In this document: positions 41,844 through 49,947 of the stretch, one piece after another
How the letters are laid out: every line of letters begins with the position of its first letter
Numbering within the stretch: the stretch's first letter is position 1
Assembly: GCA_964419595.1 (NCBI GenBank)
Contig: CAYQQI010000001.1
Span: 1-50,189 of the forward strand
Length of the DNA stretch: 50,189 bases
Origin: an uncultured Candidatus Saccharibacteria bacterium
Lineage (GTDB): Bacteria > Patescibacteriota > Minisyncoccia > Phycocordibacterales > UBA2100
Direction: 5' to 3'
The notes under the pieces: model-generated
Told to the model about the DNA's origin: nothing
Database searches by the model: none
Seen by the model: only the letters and a program-made list of their open reading frames with translations
Translations under genes and position numbers: made by a program

Positions 41844-42083
41844 ATGGAAACTAAAGTAACAACAGGCAAAACATTCGAGGGAACCGTCGTAAAGTCGGCC
41901 ATGAAGGACACCGTTACGGTGCTTGTTGAGCGCTACGAAAAACACCCGAAGTACAAGAAGTACATGCGTCTTTCCAAGAAGTTCCTCGTTCACAATCCCG
42001 GGAATACCCTTGAGATCGGCACAAAAGTGACCATCAAGGAGACCCGCCCTATCTCTAAGCGTAAGCGATTCATCGTCGTATAA
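41844..42083 (+). CDS. rpsQ: 30S ribosomal protein S17 (uS17)
   Basis: GTVVKSAMKDTVTVLVERYEKHPKYKKYMRLSKKFLVHN...IKETRPISKRKRF is present. Confidence 0.96.
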   Translation: METKVTTGKTFEGTVVKSAMKDTVTVLVERYEKHPKYKKYMRLSKKFLVHNPGNTLEIGTKVTIKETRPISKRKRFIVV

Positions 42084-42089
42084 ATTTAT

Positions 42090-42461
42090 ATGTTGCAGGA
42101 CCGTTCACTCGTAAAAATAGCAGATAACTCCGGCGGTCAGATCGGACGCGTATTCAAAATTCTCGGAGGCTCCAAGAAGCGCTATGCCGAGATCGGGGAC
42201 GAAGTAGTACTCTCTATCCAGACCGCGCAGCCCCGCAAGGCCGTGAAGAAGAAGGATGTGCACCGCGCCGTTGTGGTACGCCAGAAGAAGGCATTCCGCC
42301 GCAAGGACGGTTCCTACATCCGATTCGACGAGAACGCTGTTGTGCTCGTAGAAAAGGAGAAGAAGGAGCCAAAGGCGAACCGTGTGTTCGGTCCGATTCC
42401 TCGCGAAGTTATTGAGCGCGGCTACCAGAAGATCGGTTCGCTCGCACCGGAGATTCTGTAA
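42090..42461 (+). CDS. rplN: 50S ribosomal protein L14 (uL14)
   Basis: MLQDRSLVKIADNSGG...RKDGSYIRFDENAVVL is present. Confidence 0.97.
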   Translation: MLQDRSLVKIADNSGGQIGRVFKILGGSKKRYAEIGDEVVLSIQTAQPRKAVKKKDVHRAVVVRQKKAFRRKDGSYIRFDENAVVLVEKEKKEPKANRVFGPIPREVIERGYQKIGSLAPEIL

Positions 42462-42474
42462 ATTTTGTAATTGT

Positions 42475-42786
42475 ATGAAACTCAAAAAAGGAGACAAAGT
42501 AATAGTCATCGCCGGCAAGGCAAAGGGCGCAACAGGCGCTATCTCGCAGGTATTCACCAAGCTCGACAAGGTCATCATCGACGGGGTCAACATGGGCAAG
42601 CGTCATCGCAAGCCCACACAGCAGGCTCGCCGCGGACAGATCATCGACAAGCCGATGCCCATCCACGCATCGAACGTAATGATAGTGGACAGCAAAACCG
42701 GTAAGCCGTCGCGCATCACTATCAAGCGAGACGAGAAGGGAGTTCGCAGCCGCATCGCCGTAAAGAGCGGTCAGACAATCAAGTAA
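42475..42786 (+). CDS. rplX: 50S ribosomal protein L24 (uL24)
   Basis: Trimmed to MKLKKGDKVIVIAGKAKGATG, a KOW motif. Confidence 0.95.
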   Translation: MKLKKGDKVIVIAGKAKGATGAISQVFTKLDKVIIDGVNMGKRHRKPTQQARRGQIIDKPMPIHASNVMIVDSKTGKPSRITIKRDEKGVRSRIAVKSGQTIK

Positions 42787-42793
42787 TACGCAT

Positions 42794-43324
42794 ATGGACG
42801 CACACACAATTCAGAAAAATACGCACGCAGCCCTCAAGGCTGAGTTCGGCTACAAGAACATCATGCAGACACCGACGCTGACTAAGCTCGTTGTTTCTTG
42901 CGGAGTGGGCTCCGTGAAAGACAAAAAGAAGCTCGAAGTTATCGTGGACCGCTTGACCCGGATCACCGGCCAGGCTCCTGCGAAGCGCAACACCAAGAAG
43001 TCCATCGCGAACTTCAAGACCCGTGTCGGCGACCTCTCGGGCTACCAGGTCACGATGCGAGGACAGCGCATGGTCTCGTTCTTCGACAAGCTCGTGAACA
43101 TCGTGCTCCCGCGCGTGAAAGACTTCCGCGGCATCAAGGTTTCCGCAATCGACGAGATGGGCAACATCACCATCGGATTCAAGGAACACACGGTTTTCCC
43201 GGAAACTTCGGACGAAGATGCAAAGGATGTGTTCGGTCTCGCCGTCACCATCACCACGACCGCCAAGAACAAGAAGGAGGCAGAAGCATTTCTTCGCCAC
43301 CTCGGAGTCCCGCTCCAGAAATAA
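42794..43324 (+). CDS. rplE: 50S ribosomal protein L5 (uL5)
   Basis: YKNIMQTPTLTKLVVSCGVG...NFKTRVGDLSGYQVTMRGQRM..FFDKLVNIVLPRVKDFRG is present. Confidence 0.97.
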   Translation: MDAHTIQKNTHAALKAEFGYKNIMQTPTLTKLVVSCGVGSVKDKKKLEVIVDRLTRITGQAPAKRNTKKSIANFKTRVGDLSGYQVTMRGQRMVSFFDKLVNIVLPRVKDFRGIKVSAIDEMGNITIGFKEHTVFPETSDEDAKDVFGLAVTITTTAKNKKEAEAFLRHLGVPLQK

Positions 43325-43334
43325 CAACCAAAAC

Positions 43335-43367
43335 AAAAAGCCCGGGTCGTCGACCCGGGCTTTTTTC
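43335..43367. terminator. bidirectional intrinsic terminator after rplE
   Basis: The sequence is AAAAA-GCCCGGGT-cgtcg-ACCCGGGC-TTTTTT. It lies between rplE (+) and the minus-strand ORF 43389..43571. Confidence 0.8.
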
Positions 43368-43388
43368 GTTGAGGAGCGATAAACGCTG

Positions 43389-43571
43389 TTACTCCAGCAG
43401 ACTGAGGAGCCGCTGCGAGTCTTCCCGGCGCATACCGCTGAGGTACAGACGCAGGAATTGTTCGTCGGTGATGAGCCCTTCCTTGCGAGCCTGCGCGAGG
43501 CCGTGTGCAAGTGCGTTGATCACGATCAGATTAACTATGGCCGGCGGTCCTTTGGGGCCTGGGATTTCCAT
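43389..43571 (-). CDS. hypothetical small protein (60 aa)
   Basis: The ATG is preceded by GGAG plus 8 nt. It reads MEIPGPKGPPAIVNLIVINALAHGLAQARKEGLITDEQFLRLYLSG... and a terminator follows. Confidence 0.4.
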   Translation of the reverse strand: MEIPGPKGPPAIVNLIVINALAHGLAQARKEGLITDEQFLRLYLSGMRREDSQRLLSLLE

Positions 43572-43753
43572 GTCGCATCTCCGTGAGGGTTCCGTGCGAA
43601 CCGTAGCAAACGTATGATTTATGCGCCACTCTGAACGTAAGCGTACAGACTATTACCCCCCCCCTGTTCTTCGTCTGTCTTCGTGTGCAATCATATCCCT
43701 ATACACACGCTATCGCGTATCGATAGGGACCATATCAGAGCTCGAATACAGCC

Positions 43754-44335
43754 CTAAAGACTGAAATAATTTTTAATTTTGTGTTCTCCCTCGATTTGAT
43801 CCACAAGGGCGTAGAGAATTGCCGATCCGATTCGAAGTTCAGCTTTTACCAAAGCAATGAGCTCCTCACAGTCATACGGCGATATCCATACGCTGTTTTG
43901 CAAACGCATGAATCCAAACTCGCCCATAAGCATGCGTAGGCGATCACGTGTGCTTTTGCGTTTCTCGGGAATATCGAACATCACCAAGCGATATCGCCCG
44001 TCCCATCGTTTTCTTTGTTTTGATGCGGGTGAGTTTGCTCGGGCTTCTTCAATAAGCAAATGTTGACGACCCGCTCCGGTTAGTTCTAAGAAAACTGAAC
44101 CACCTTTACGAATACGCCGCATGTATCCTTTCACAATCAGCCTATCGACCGCCGTCTTAGTTTTGAATGCTAATTTGTAGCGGTCCTTCCCCATAACGTG
44201 AGGAAGCGCTTGAAATATATTGGGTGCAATTGCGGTCACAGCGAGTGCTCCGGCAACGGTAACAATCGAAAGGAGAGCGTTCTGAATATTTTCTTTCCTC
44301 CGTCTTTTCCGACCTTTTTCTTCGATGTTTCTCAT
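43754..44335 (-). CDS. membrane-anchored winged-helix / PaaX-C-like (Cas2-fold-like) putative regulator
   Basis: It has a basic N-terminus and a TM helix. VDRLIVKGYMRRIRKGGSVFLELTGAGRQ is wHTH-like. WDGRYRLVMFDIPEKRKSTRDRLRMLMGEFGFMRLQNSVWISP is the PaaX C-terminal/Cas2-like pattern. Confidence 0.55.
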   Translation of the reverse strand: MRNIEEKGRKRRRKENIQNALLSIVTVAGALAVTAIAPNIFQALPHVMGKDRYKLAFKTKTAVDRLIVKGYMRRIRKGGSVFLELTGAGRQHLLIEEARANSPASKQRKRWDGRYRLVMFDIPEKRKSTRDRLRMLMGEFGFMRLQNSVWISPYDCEELIALVKAELRIGSAILYALVDQIEGEHKIKNYFSL

Positions 44336-44426
44336 ATCCCTAAATATACGCTATCGCCTAGGAATAGGGGTCTAAGGACGTGTGCATACCAAGTCCGGCT
44401 AGGGTATTGTGGGGCGAATACAGGAT

Positions 44427-45191
44427 ATGAGCCGAAAAGTACGAAAAATACGGGCGGGCCAGAAGACCCTCATCAAGCAGGGGACCGGCAAGCACAAGGA
44501 ATTCTGGAACAAGGAGTACCAGACGAGCGAACACCTCGCGCTTTCTATGAATGTCTCGGAGGACCTGGAGAAGTTCGTGCGATGGATGGAGCGCGAGCAC
44601 GGCCGCAAATACCTGAACCCCGTCGCAAAAATAATCGACATCGGCACGGGAAACGGCCGCAACATCATTTACATGTCCAACAACTTCGGCATGCACGGTA
44701 CAGGCTACGACATCTCGGAAGTGGCGATAGCGGAAGCGCGGGTGAACAAAGAAGACCTTCCCATTGATTTTGAGGTGCGCTCCATGACCGAGCCGCTCCC
44801 CGAAGCCGACAACTCGGTAACGCTCGCGCTCGATATGATGAGCTCTCACTTTTTGCACCAGGCAGAACGCGAAGCGCTTCGCGCGGAAATTGTGCGGGTG
44901 TTGAAGCCCGGCGGATGGCTGTTCTTCAAATCATTCCTCGCGGATGAAGACCTACATTCAAAGCGGCTGCTCAAAGAGCATCCGTCCGACGAGCCGGGAG
45001 GTTACATTCACCCGAAGATAGGCGTGCACGAGCATGTGTGGAGAGAAGAAGAGGCAAAGGAATTCTTTGACCCGTACTTTGCAATTCATAAGGTGGTGAA
45101 ATCCCACAAGCACATCAACCGCGGCAAGATAGGCGAAGAGCGCGCCTGGAAACGCCGCACGTTCTCCATGTATCTCCAGAAGCTCGGATAA
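44427..45191 (+). CDS. class I SAM-dependent methyltransferase
   Basis: IIDIGTGNGRN is motif I, and VLKPGGWLFF is also present. The track start at 44409 is GTG. ATG 44427 was chosen for its 'gatATG' context. Confidence 0.75.
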   Translation: MSRKVRKIRAGQKTLIKQGTGKHKEFWNKEYQTSEHLALSMNVSEDLEKFVRWMEREHGRKYLNPVAKIIDIGTGNGRNIIYMSNNFGMHGTGYDISEVAIAEARVNKEDLPIDFEVRSMTEPLPEADNSVTLALDMMSSHFLHQAEREALRAEIVRVLKPGGWLFFKSFLADEDLHSKRLLKEHPSDEPGGYIHPKIGVHEHVWREEEAKEFFDPYFAIHKVVKSHKHINRGKIGEERAWKRRTFSMYLQKLG

Positions 45192-45193
45192 AT

Positions 45194-45736
45194 ATGAGGG
45201 TCTTCCATGAAGGTACTACGAAGGATGGACGCGAGTACTCGATCCGTCATCCTCGTATCGAAGACGCGGAAAGTGCCTGTCGCTACATCAACCGTCTTTC
45301 GCAAGAGCAGACGTTCGTTCGTATGCAGGGGGAAGAGGTCACGCTTGAAGAAGAACATAAATTCATTTCAAAACTTGTTGGAAACATCAGTGCTCAAAAA
45401 GGCGTCGCGGTGATCCTTACTATCGATGAGGAAGTTCACGGTATTTGTAATGTTGAGCTCGGAGAAAAGACAGAAAAGCATATTGCGACACTTGGTCTCG
45501 GGGTAGATGCCTCTTCGCGAGGGCACGGATTCGGCCGACTGCTTATAGAGACGGCGATCGGGGAAGCAAAAAAGTTGCCCGGAATCGCGAAGATTGTGCT
45601 CACGGTGAAAGGCCCCAACGATCTTGCGCGCTCCCTTTACAGTAAGCTCGGGTTCGTAGAATTCGGTGTACTTCCGAAAGGCACCTCTCATAGGGGCGAG
45701 CAGGTAGACCAGCACTACATGCACCTGGACTTGTAG
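45194..45736 (+). CDS. GNAT-family N-acetyltransferase
   Basis: LGLGVDASSRGHGFGRLLIETAIGEAKK is the acetyl-CoA-binding motif A (R/Q-x-x-G-x-G/A). SLYSKLGFVEFG is also present. Confidence 0.75.
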   Translation: MRVFHEGTTKDGREYSIRHPRIEDAESACRYINRLSQEQTFVRMQGEEVTLEEEHKFISKLVGNISAQKGVAVILTIDEEVHGICNVELGEKTEKHIATLGLGVDASSRGHGFGRLLIETAIGEAKKLPGIAKIVLTVKGPNDLARSLYSKLGFVEFGVLPKGTSHRGEQVDQHYMHLDL

Positions 45737-45744
45737 CCTCTGGT

Positions 45745-45773
45745 TTGACTTACCCAAGAGCTTGGGATATATT
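45745..45773 (+). promoter_or_regulatory. sigma70-like promoter TTGACT-17-TATATT restarting the spc-type operon
   Basis: The hexamers are near-consensus with 17-nt spacing. It lies about 170 nt upstream of the rpsN ATG. The palindrome CCCAAGAGCTTGGG lies in the spacer. Confidence 0.6.
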
Positions 45774-45883
45774 TCTCAGGCCTCGCAGGAGGTCCGTTTT
45801 TTGGCCTGATTCCTCACTTTTGAGGGATATCGCAAGAATCTAGGACCTACGCCGCGGAGTGTCCATAACCCAGGCCGTAAGGC

Positions 45884-45922
45884 GGGGTGCAGGCCTCCCA
45901 AGCTATCCTTCCGGAGCACCCC
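45884..45922 (+). promoter_or_regulatory. stable hairpin in the rpsN 5' leader
   Basis: GGGGTGC (45884-45890) pairs with GCACCCC (45916-45922), with internal CCTCC/GGAG pairing. It ends 21 nt before the rpsN ATG. Confidence 0.3.
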
Positions 45923-45943
45923 AACAAGGGGCTAAAAAACTAC

Positions 45944-46129
45944 ATGGCAAAGAAATCGATGATCGTAAAGGCAAACCGCGTCCCGAAGTTCTCTTCGCGC
46001 ACGGTACGCCGATGCTTCAAGTGCGGCCGCCCGCGCGGCTTTATGCGTGATTTCAACCTCTGCCGTATCTGCTTCCGTGAAGAGGCCCTCGAAGGAAACA
46101 TCCCCGGAGTTAAGAAGTCATCTTGGTAA
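45944..46129 (+). CDS. rpsN: 30S ribosomal protein S14, zinc-binding type Z (uS14)
   Basis: Trimmed to [46 protein letters not shown] (61 aa, CxxC...CxxC). Confidence 0.96.
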   Translation: MAKKSMIVKANRVPKFSSRTVRRCFKCGRPRGFMRDFNLCRICFREEALEGNIPGVKKSSW

Positions 46130-46130
46130 T

Positions 46131-46526
46131 ATGGTCACCGATCCTGTCGCAGATTTCATCACACGCCTTACGAACGCCGGTGCTGTTAAGCACGCGGTCG
46201 TTTCGCTTCCGTACTCCACCTTCAAGGCGGCCATCGCCGAGAAGCTGAAAGATGCCGGATACGTAACTGCGATTGAAAAGAAGGGAAAGAAGGTCAAGAA
46301 GACCCTCGACGTAACTCTCAAATACGATTCCGAAGGCGTGCACGTTATCCAGGGCGTAAAGCGCATCTCAAAGCCGGGCCGCCGCATGTACAAGCGCGCA
46401 GGCGAGATCAATCGTGTGAAGTACGGACATGGTGCACTCATCCTCTCCACTCCGCAGGGCATCAAGACTGATAAGGAGGCACGCAAAGAAAACATCGGCG
46501 GCGAAGCCCTCTTTGAAATTTGGTAA
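46131..46526 (+). CDS. rpsH: 30S ribosomal protein S8 (uS8)
   Basis: Trimmed to MVTDPVADFITRLTNA. ...RISKPGRRMY... and GGEALFEIW are present. Confidence 0.97.
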   Translation: MVTDPVADFITRLTNAGAVKHAVVSLPYSTFKAAIAEKLKDAGYVTAIEKKGKKVKKTLDVTLKYDSEGVHVIQGVKRISKPGRRMYKRAGEINRVKYGHGALILSTPQGIKTDKEARKENIGGEALFEIW

Positions 46527-46536
46527 ATATCGCTAT

Positions 46537-47073
46537 ATGTCACGAGTAGGCAAAAAAGAAATAATCATTCCCGCAGGCACCGAAGTATCGGTGGTATCTC
46601 AGGAGTTGATCGTGAAAGGCAAGGGCGGCACGCTCAAGAAGATGGTGCACCCGGGCGTTACTATCGCAATCGATGGCCAGAACGTAACGGTCAATCCCGC
46701 CAATAACTCACGCCTCGCAAAGGCGCTCTGGGGAACCTACGCTGCACACGTGCGCAACATGATCGCCGGGGTCAACACGCCGTTCGTAAAGAAGCTCCAG
46801 ATCGAAGGCATCGGTTACCGCGCAGAAATGCAGGGAACCAATCTCAAGATGGCGCTCGGTTTCTCACATCCCGTAATCAAGGCCATCCCGCAGGGTCTCA
46901 CCGTTGCGGTAGAAAAGAACATCATCTCGGTATCCGGTCCGGACAAGGAAGTTGTCGGCGAGTTCGCTGCAACCGTGCGCTCAATCAAGAAGCCGGAGCC
47001 GTACAAGGGCAAGGGTATTCGATACGAAGGCGAAGTCGTACGCCAGAAGGCAGGTAAGAAAGTAGCCGGATAA
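46537..47073 (+). CDS. rplF: 50S ribosomal protein L6 (uL6)
   Basis: Trimmed to [17 protein letters not shown]. ...[12 protein letters not shown]...[14 protein letters not shown] is present. Confidence 0.97.
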   Translation: MSRVGKKEIIIPAGTEVSVVSQELIVKGKGGTLKKMVHPGVTIAIDGQNVTVNPANNSRLAKALWGTYAAHVRNMIAGVNTPFVKKLQIEGIGYRAEMQGTNLKMALGFSHPVIKAIPQGLTVAVEKNIISVSGPDKEVVGEFAATVRSIKKPEPYKGKGIRYEGEVVRQKAGKKVAG

Positions 47074-47081
47074 ACATTTGT

Positions 47082-47426
47082 ATGGCACTCACAAAACGAG
47101 AACAGCGAGAACGACGACACCGACGCGTACGCGCAGGTGTTTCAGGAACGGAATCACGTCCGCGTCTTTCCATCTACAAGTCCAACACTCGTCTCACCGC
47201 ACAAATCATCAACGACGAGAAGGGAGTTACCCTCGCAGCAGTATCCTCCGCAGACGAAAAGGGCAAGACCCCGCGCGAGCGCGCTGAACAGGCTGCAGCA
47301 ACAATCGCGAAAGCTGCGACTGCCAAGGGCATCAAGCAAGTCGTGTTCGACCGCGGCGGATTCCAGTATGTCGGGACCATTAAAGCTTTTGCAGATGCCG
47401 CACGAGGTGCAGGATTAGAATTTTAG
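47082..47426 (+). CDS. rplR: 50S ribosomal protein L18 (uL18)
   Basis: [33 protein letters not shown]...[28 protein letters not shown] is present. Confidence 0.97.
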   Translation: MALTKREQRERRHRRVRAGVSGTESRPRLSIYKSNTRLTAQIINDEKGVTLAAVSSADEKGKTPRERAEQAAATIAKAATAKGIKQVVFDRGGFQYVGTIKAFADAARGAGLEF

Positions 47427-47456
47427 TTCAACTACGTTCACTACAAGTAAAACATT

Positions 47457-48053
47457 ATGATGGCTGACGAAACACAACAGAATACCGACGCACCAGAGGT
47501 GGCAGCTCCGGCTGCAGCAGAGCGCCCTGCACGTGGAGGCGGACGCGACAACCGCGATCGTCGCGGGGGTGCAGGCCAGCGCGGTCCGCGCCGTGGCGGT
47601 AACCGCCCGGAACGCGAGCGCTCCGAATTCGCTCAGAAGATGATCGGTATCCGCCGTGTTGCCCGTGTGATGGCAGGCGGTCGTCGTTTCAATTTCTCCG
47701 TTGCTATCGTTATCGGCGACAAAAAGGGTCGCGTCGGTGTGGGAGTGGGTAAGGCCGCAGACACACAGCTCGCAATCGAAAAGGCCACACGTTCGGCAAA
47801 GCGCCGCATGATCACACTGAACCTCACCAAGAACCGCTCTATCAAGCACAACGTCGAAGCAAAGTTCTGCGCATCGGTCGTGGAAATTCGCCCTTCACCG
47901 GGCCGCGGGCTCGTTGCCGGTTCATCGGTGCGCTCCGTCCTCGAAATGGCCGGCGTATCAGATGTGACTGCAAAGTTGCTCTCACGCTCAAAGAATCCCA
48001 TCAACAATGCACGCGCAGCGCTCCAGGCACTCGCATCCGTCTCAATGAAATAG
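47457..48053 (+). CDS. rpsE: 30S ribosomal protein S5 (uS5) with an Arg/Gly-rich N-terminal extension
   Basis: IRRVARVMAGGRRFNFSVAIVIGDKKGRVGVGVGKA is the core. The N-terminus has about 55 aa of RGG-like low complexity. Confidence 0.96.
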   Translation: MMADETQQNTDAPEVAAPAAAERPARGGGRDNRDRRGGAGQRGPRRGGNRPERERSEFAQKMIGIRRVARVMAGGRRFNFSVAIVIGDKKGRVGVGVGKAADTQLAIEKATRSAKRRMITLNLTKNRSIKHNVEAKFCASVVEIRPSPGRGLVAGSSVRSVLEMAGVSDVTAKLLSRSKNPINNARAALQALASVSMK

Positions 48054-48054
48054 T

Positions 48055-48495
48055 ATGTCTACGCTCAATACACTTACACGTTCAGGAAAACGACCGTATC
48101 GCCGAGTAGGGCGCGGCCAGGGTTCTACCCGCGGCAAGCAGTCAGGCCGAGGAGGCAAGGGACAGACCGCACGAGCGGGCCACAAGGTGCGCCCGGAAAT
48201 GCGCGACATCATCAAGAAGCTCCCGAAGCGCCGCGGCTACGGCAAGAACCGAGGCCGCACCGTTATCCCGGGTGAGGGCGCTCGCGCGATCTCGCTCACA
48301 AAGATTGACAAGCACTTCGCTGCAGGTGATGTAACACGCCAGATGATTTTGGACATGAATCTTGCACGTAAGAGCCAGCCCATCACGATCGTTGCAGGGG
48401 AAACGTCAAAAAAGTACACATTCAAGGGCGTTCGCGTTACCGGTTCCGCGCGTGCGGCGGTGGAAAAAGCCGGCGGTAGTGTTTCGCTTAAATAA
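48055..48495 (+). CDS. rplO: 50S ribosomal protein L15 (uL15)
   Basis: RVGRGQGSTRGKQSGRGGKGQTARAGHKVRPE is present. The gene starts 1 nt after the rpsE stop, so no L30 gene lies between them. Confidence 0.97.
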   Translation: MSTLNTLTRSGKRPYRRVGRGQGSTRGKQSGRGGKGQTARAGHKVRPEMRDIIKKLPKRRGYGKNRGRTVIPGEGARAISLTKIDKHFAAGDVTRQMILDMNLARKSQPITIVAGETSKKYTFKGVRVTGSARAAVEKAGGSVSLK

Positions 48496-48504
48496 TACAT
48501 TCGT

Positions 48505-49779
48505 ATGTTTGAATCCTTCCTTCGAAAAGTAAAGCTTGTGTTCGAAGACGAGGGGTTGCGCAGCCGCATCCTTTTCGTCTTGGGCGCTCTCGTTGTATTC
48601 CGCATCCTTGCGGCAATTCCTACACCGGGCATCGATGCAATTCAGCTCGAGGCCTTCCTCGCGAATAACCAGTTCTTCGGACTCTTGAACATTTTCTCCG
48701 GCGGCGGATTCTCAAACCTCTCCATCGTCATGCTCGGTGTCGGACCGTACATCACCGCATCCATCGTGATGCAACTGATGACCATTTTGGTACCGCGCCT
48801 GAAAGAGATGTATCAGGAAGAAGGGGATGCAGGTCGCCAGCGATTCTCGCAGTACTCACGCTACCTTTCGGTACCGCTCGCATTCATCCAGGCATTCGCA
48901 TTTCTCTTGCTCTTGCAGCAGAACGGCATTGTGCCCACCCTCACGCTCATTAGTCTCATCACGAACGTTACCGTTATCGCAGCAGGCTCCATCCTCCTCA
49001 TGTGGATCGGCGAACTCATCTCTGAATTCGGCGTGGGCAACGGAGTATCCTTGATCATCTTTGCAGGTATCGTTTCGGGTATTCCGGCGAGCCTCGCCCA
49101 AACGCTCTTTGCCTTCGATGCGACGCAGTTGCCTGCATACCTCGGCTTCATCGCGGCAGGTATCGCTATCATGGCAGGGGTCGTGTACATCACCGAGGCA
49201 GAACGACCGATTCCCGTTACCTACGCACGCCGCGTACGCGGTATGAAGGTGCTCGGCGGCGTATCAACGTACTTGCCGCTGCGTGTGAACCAGGCAGGCG
49301 TTATTCCGATAATCTTCGCACTCTCGTTCCTCTTGTTCCCGCAAATGATCGCTACGTTCCTCGCACGCGTTCCGATCACCTGGATAGCGAACGCCGCACA
49401 GGCTGTGGTGAACGGTCTGGCGAATCAGTGGATATACGGCAGCTTGTACTTCCTCTTTGTGGTCATGTTCACGTACTTCTACACAGCCATTACATTCGAG
49501 CCGCACCAGATCGCGAAGAACCTTCAGAAGAACGGTGCGTTCATTCCGGGCGTTCGACCGGGCGGCACAACCGCTGATTACCTCGGCAACATCATCACGC
49601 GCATCACCCTCGTTGGAGCGCTCTTCCTGGGTGCACTCGCCGTTATGCCCATCATTTTGCAGGGCATCACCGGTATCACTGCAGTTACCATCGGCGGTAC
49701 CGCACTCTTGATCGCAGTCTCTGTCGTACTCGATCTGGTAAAAAAGATCGACGCTCAAACCTCCATCAGGGAATACTAA
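48505..49779 (+). CDS. secY: preprotein translocase subunit SecY
   Basis: It is a 10-TM protein. IPTPGID, FSGGGFSNLSIVMLGVGPYITASI, WIGELISEFGVGNGVSLIIFAGI and NLQKNGAFIPGVRPG are present. Confidence 0.98.
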   Translation: MFESFLRKVKLVFEDEGLRSRILFVLGALVVFRILAAIPTPGIDAIQLEAFLANNQFFGLLNIFSGGGFSNLSIVMLGVGPYITASIVMQLMTILVPRLKEMYQEEGDAGRQRFSQYSRYLSVPLAFIQAFAFLLLLQQNGIVPTLTLISLITNVTVIAAGSILLMWIGELISEFGVGNGVSLIIFAGIVSGIPASLAQTLFAFDATQLPAYLGFIAAGIAIMAGVVYITEAERPIPVTYARRVRGMKVLGGVSTYLPLRVNQAGVIPIIFALSFLLFPQMIATFLARVPITWIANAAQAVVNGLANQWIYGSLYFLFVVMFTYFYTAITFEPHQIAKNLQKNGAFIPGVRPGGTTADYLGNIITRITLVGALFLGALAVMPIILQGITGITAVTIGGTALLIAVSVVLDLVKKIDAQTSIREY

Positions 49780-49947
49780 GCGCGCACGGGCATAGCCCAC
49801 CTGCTTCGTTACGGAGCCTCAGTCCCGCTCTCGACGTACGTTCAGTACGACTCGAGACGGGACTTTCTCCGTGCCTCGCATCTGGGCCATTCCGTGCGGC
49901 TCTAAGCTCGCAATGATGCTGTTTTTTGTGGTAATGTTCGCGCAAAC

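Noticed and set aside
41129-41911. 260-aa minus-strand ORF
   Set aside because: It is antisense to rplP, rpmC and rpsQ, whose identities are unambiguous. It is an artefact of a long open antisense frame.
42779-43510. 243-aa minus-strand ORF and 239-aa plus-strand ORF (42898..43617)
   Set aside because: They overlap rplE in antisense and alternate frames and run through the terminator at 43335-43367. The rplE frame is certain.
43656-43664. C9 (G9 on the minus strand) homopolymer as a possible phase-variation switch
   Set aside because: I translated the minus strand with 8, 9 and 10 G. Every version hits a stop before joining the downstream ORF 43389..43571, so no ON/OFF fusion is evident. 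It may still affect transcription, but I cannot support a claim.
49830-49875. Imperfect hairpin GTCCCGCTCTCGACGTAC...GTACGACTCGAGACGGGAC after secY as a terminator
   Set aside because: The stem has mismatches or bulges and is not followed by a T-run, so the evidence is too weak to annotate.
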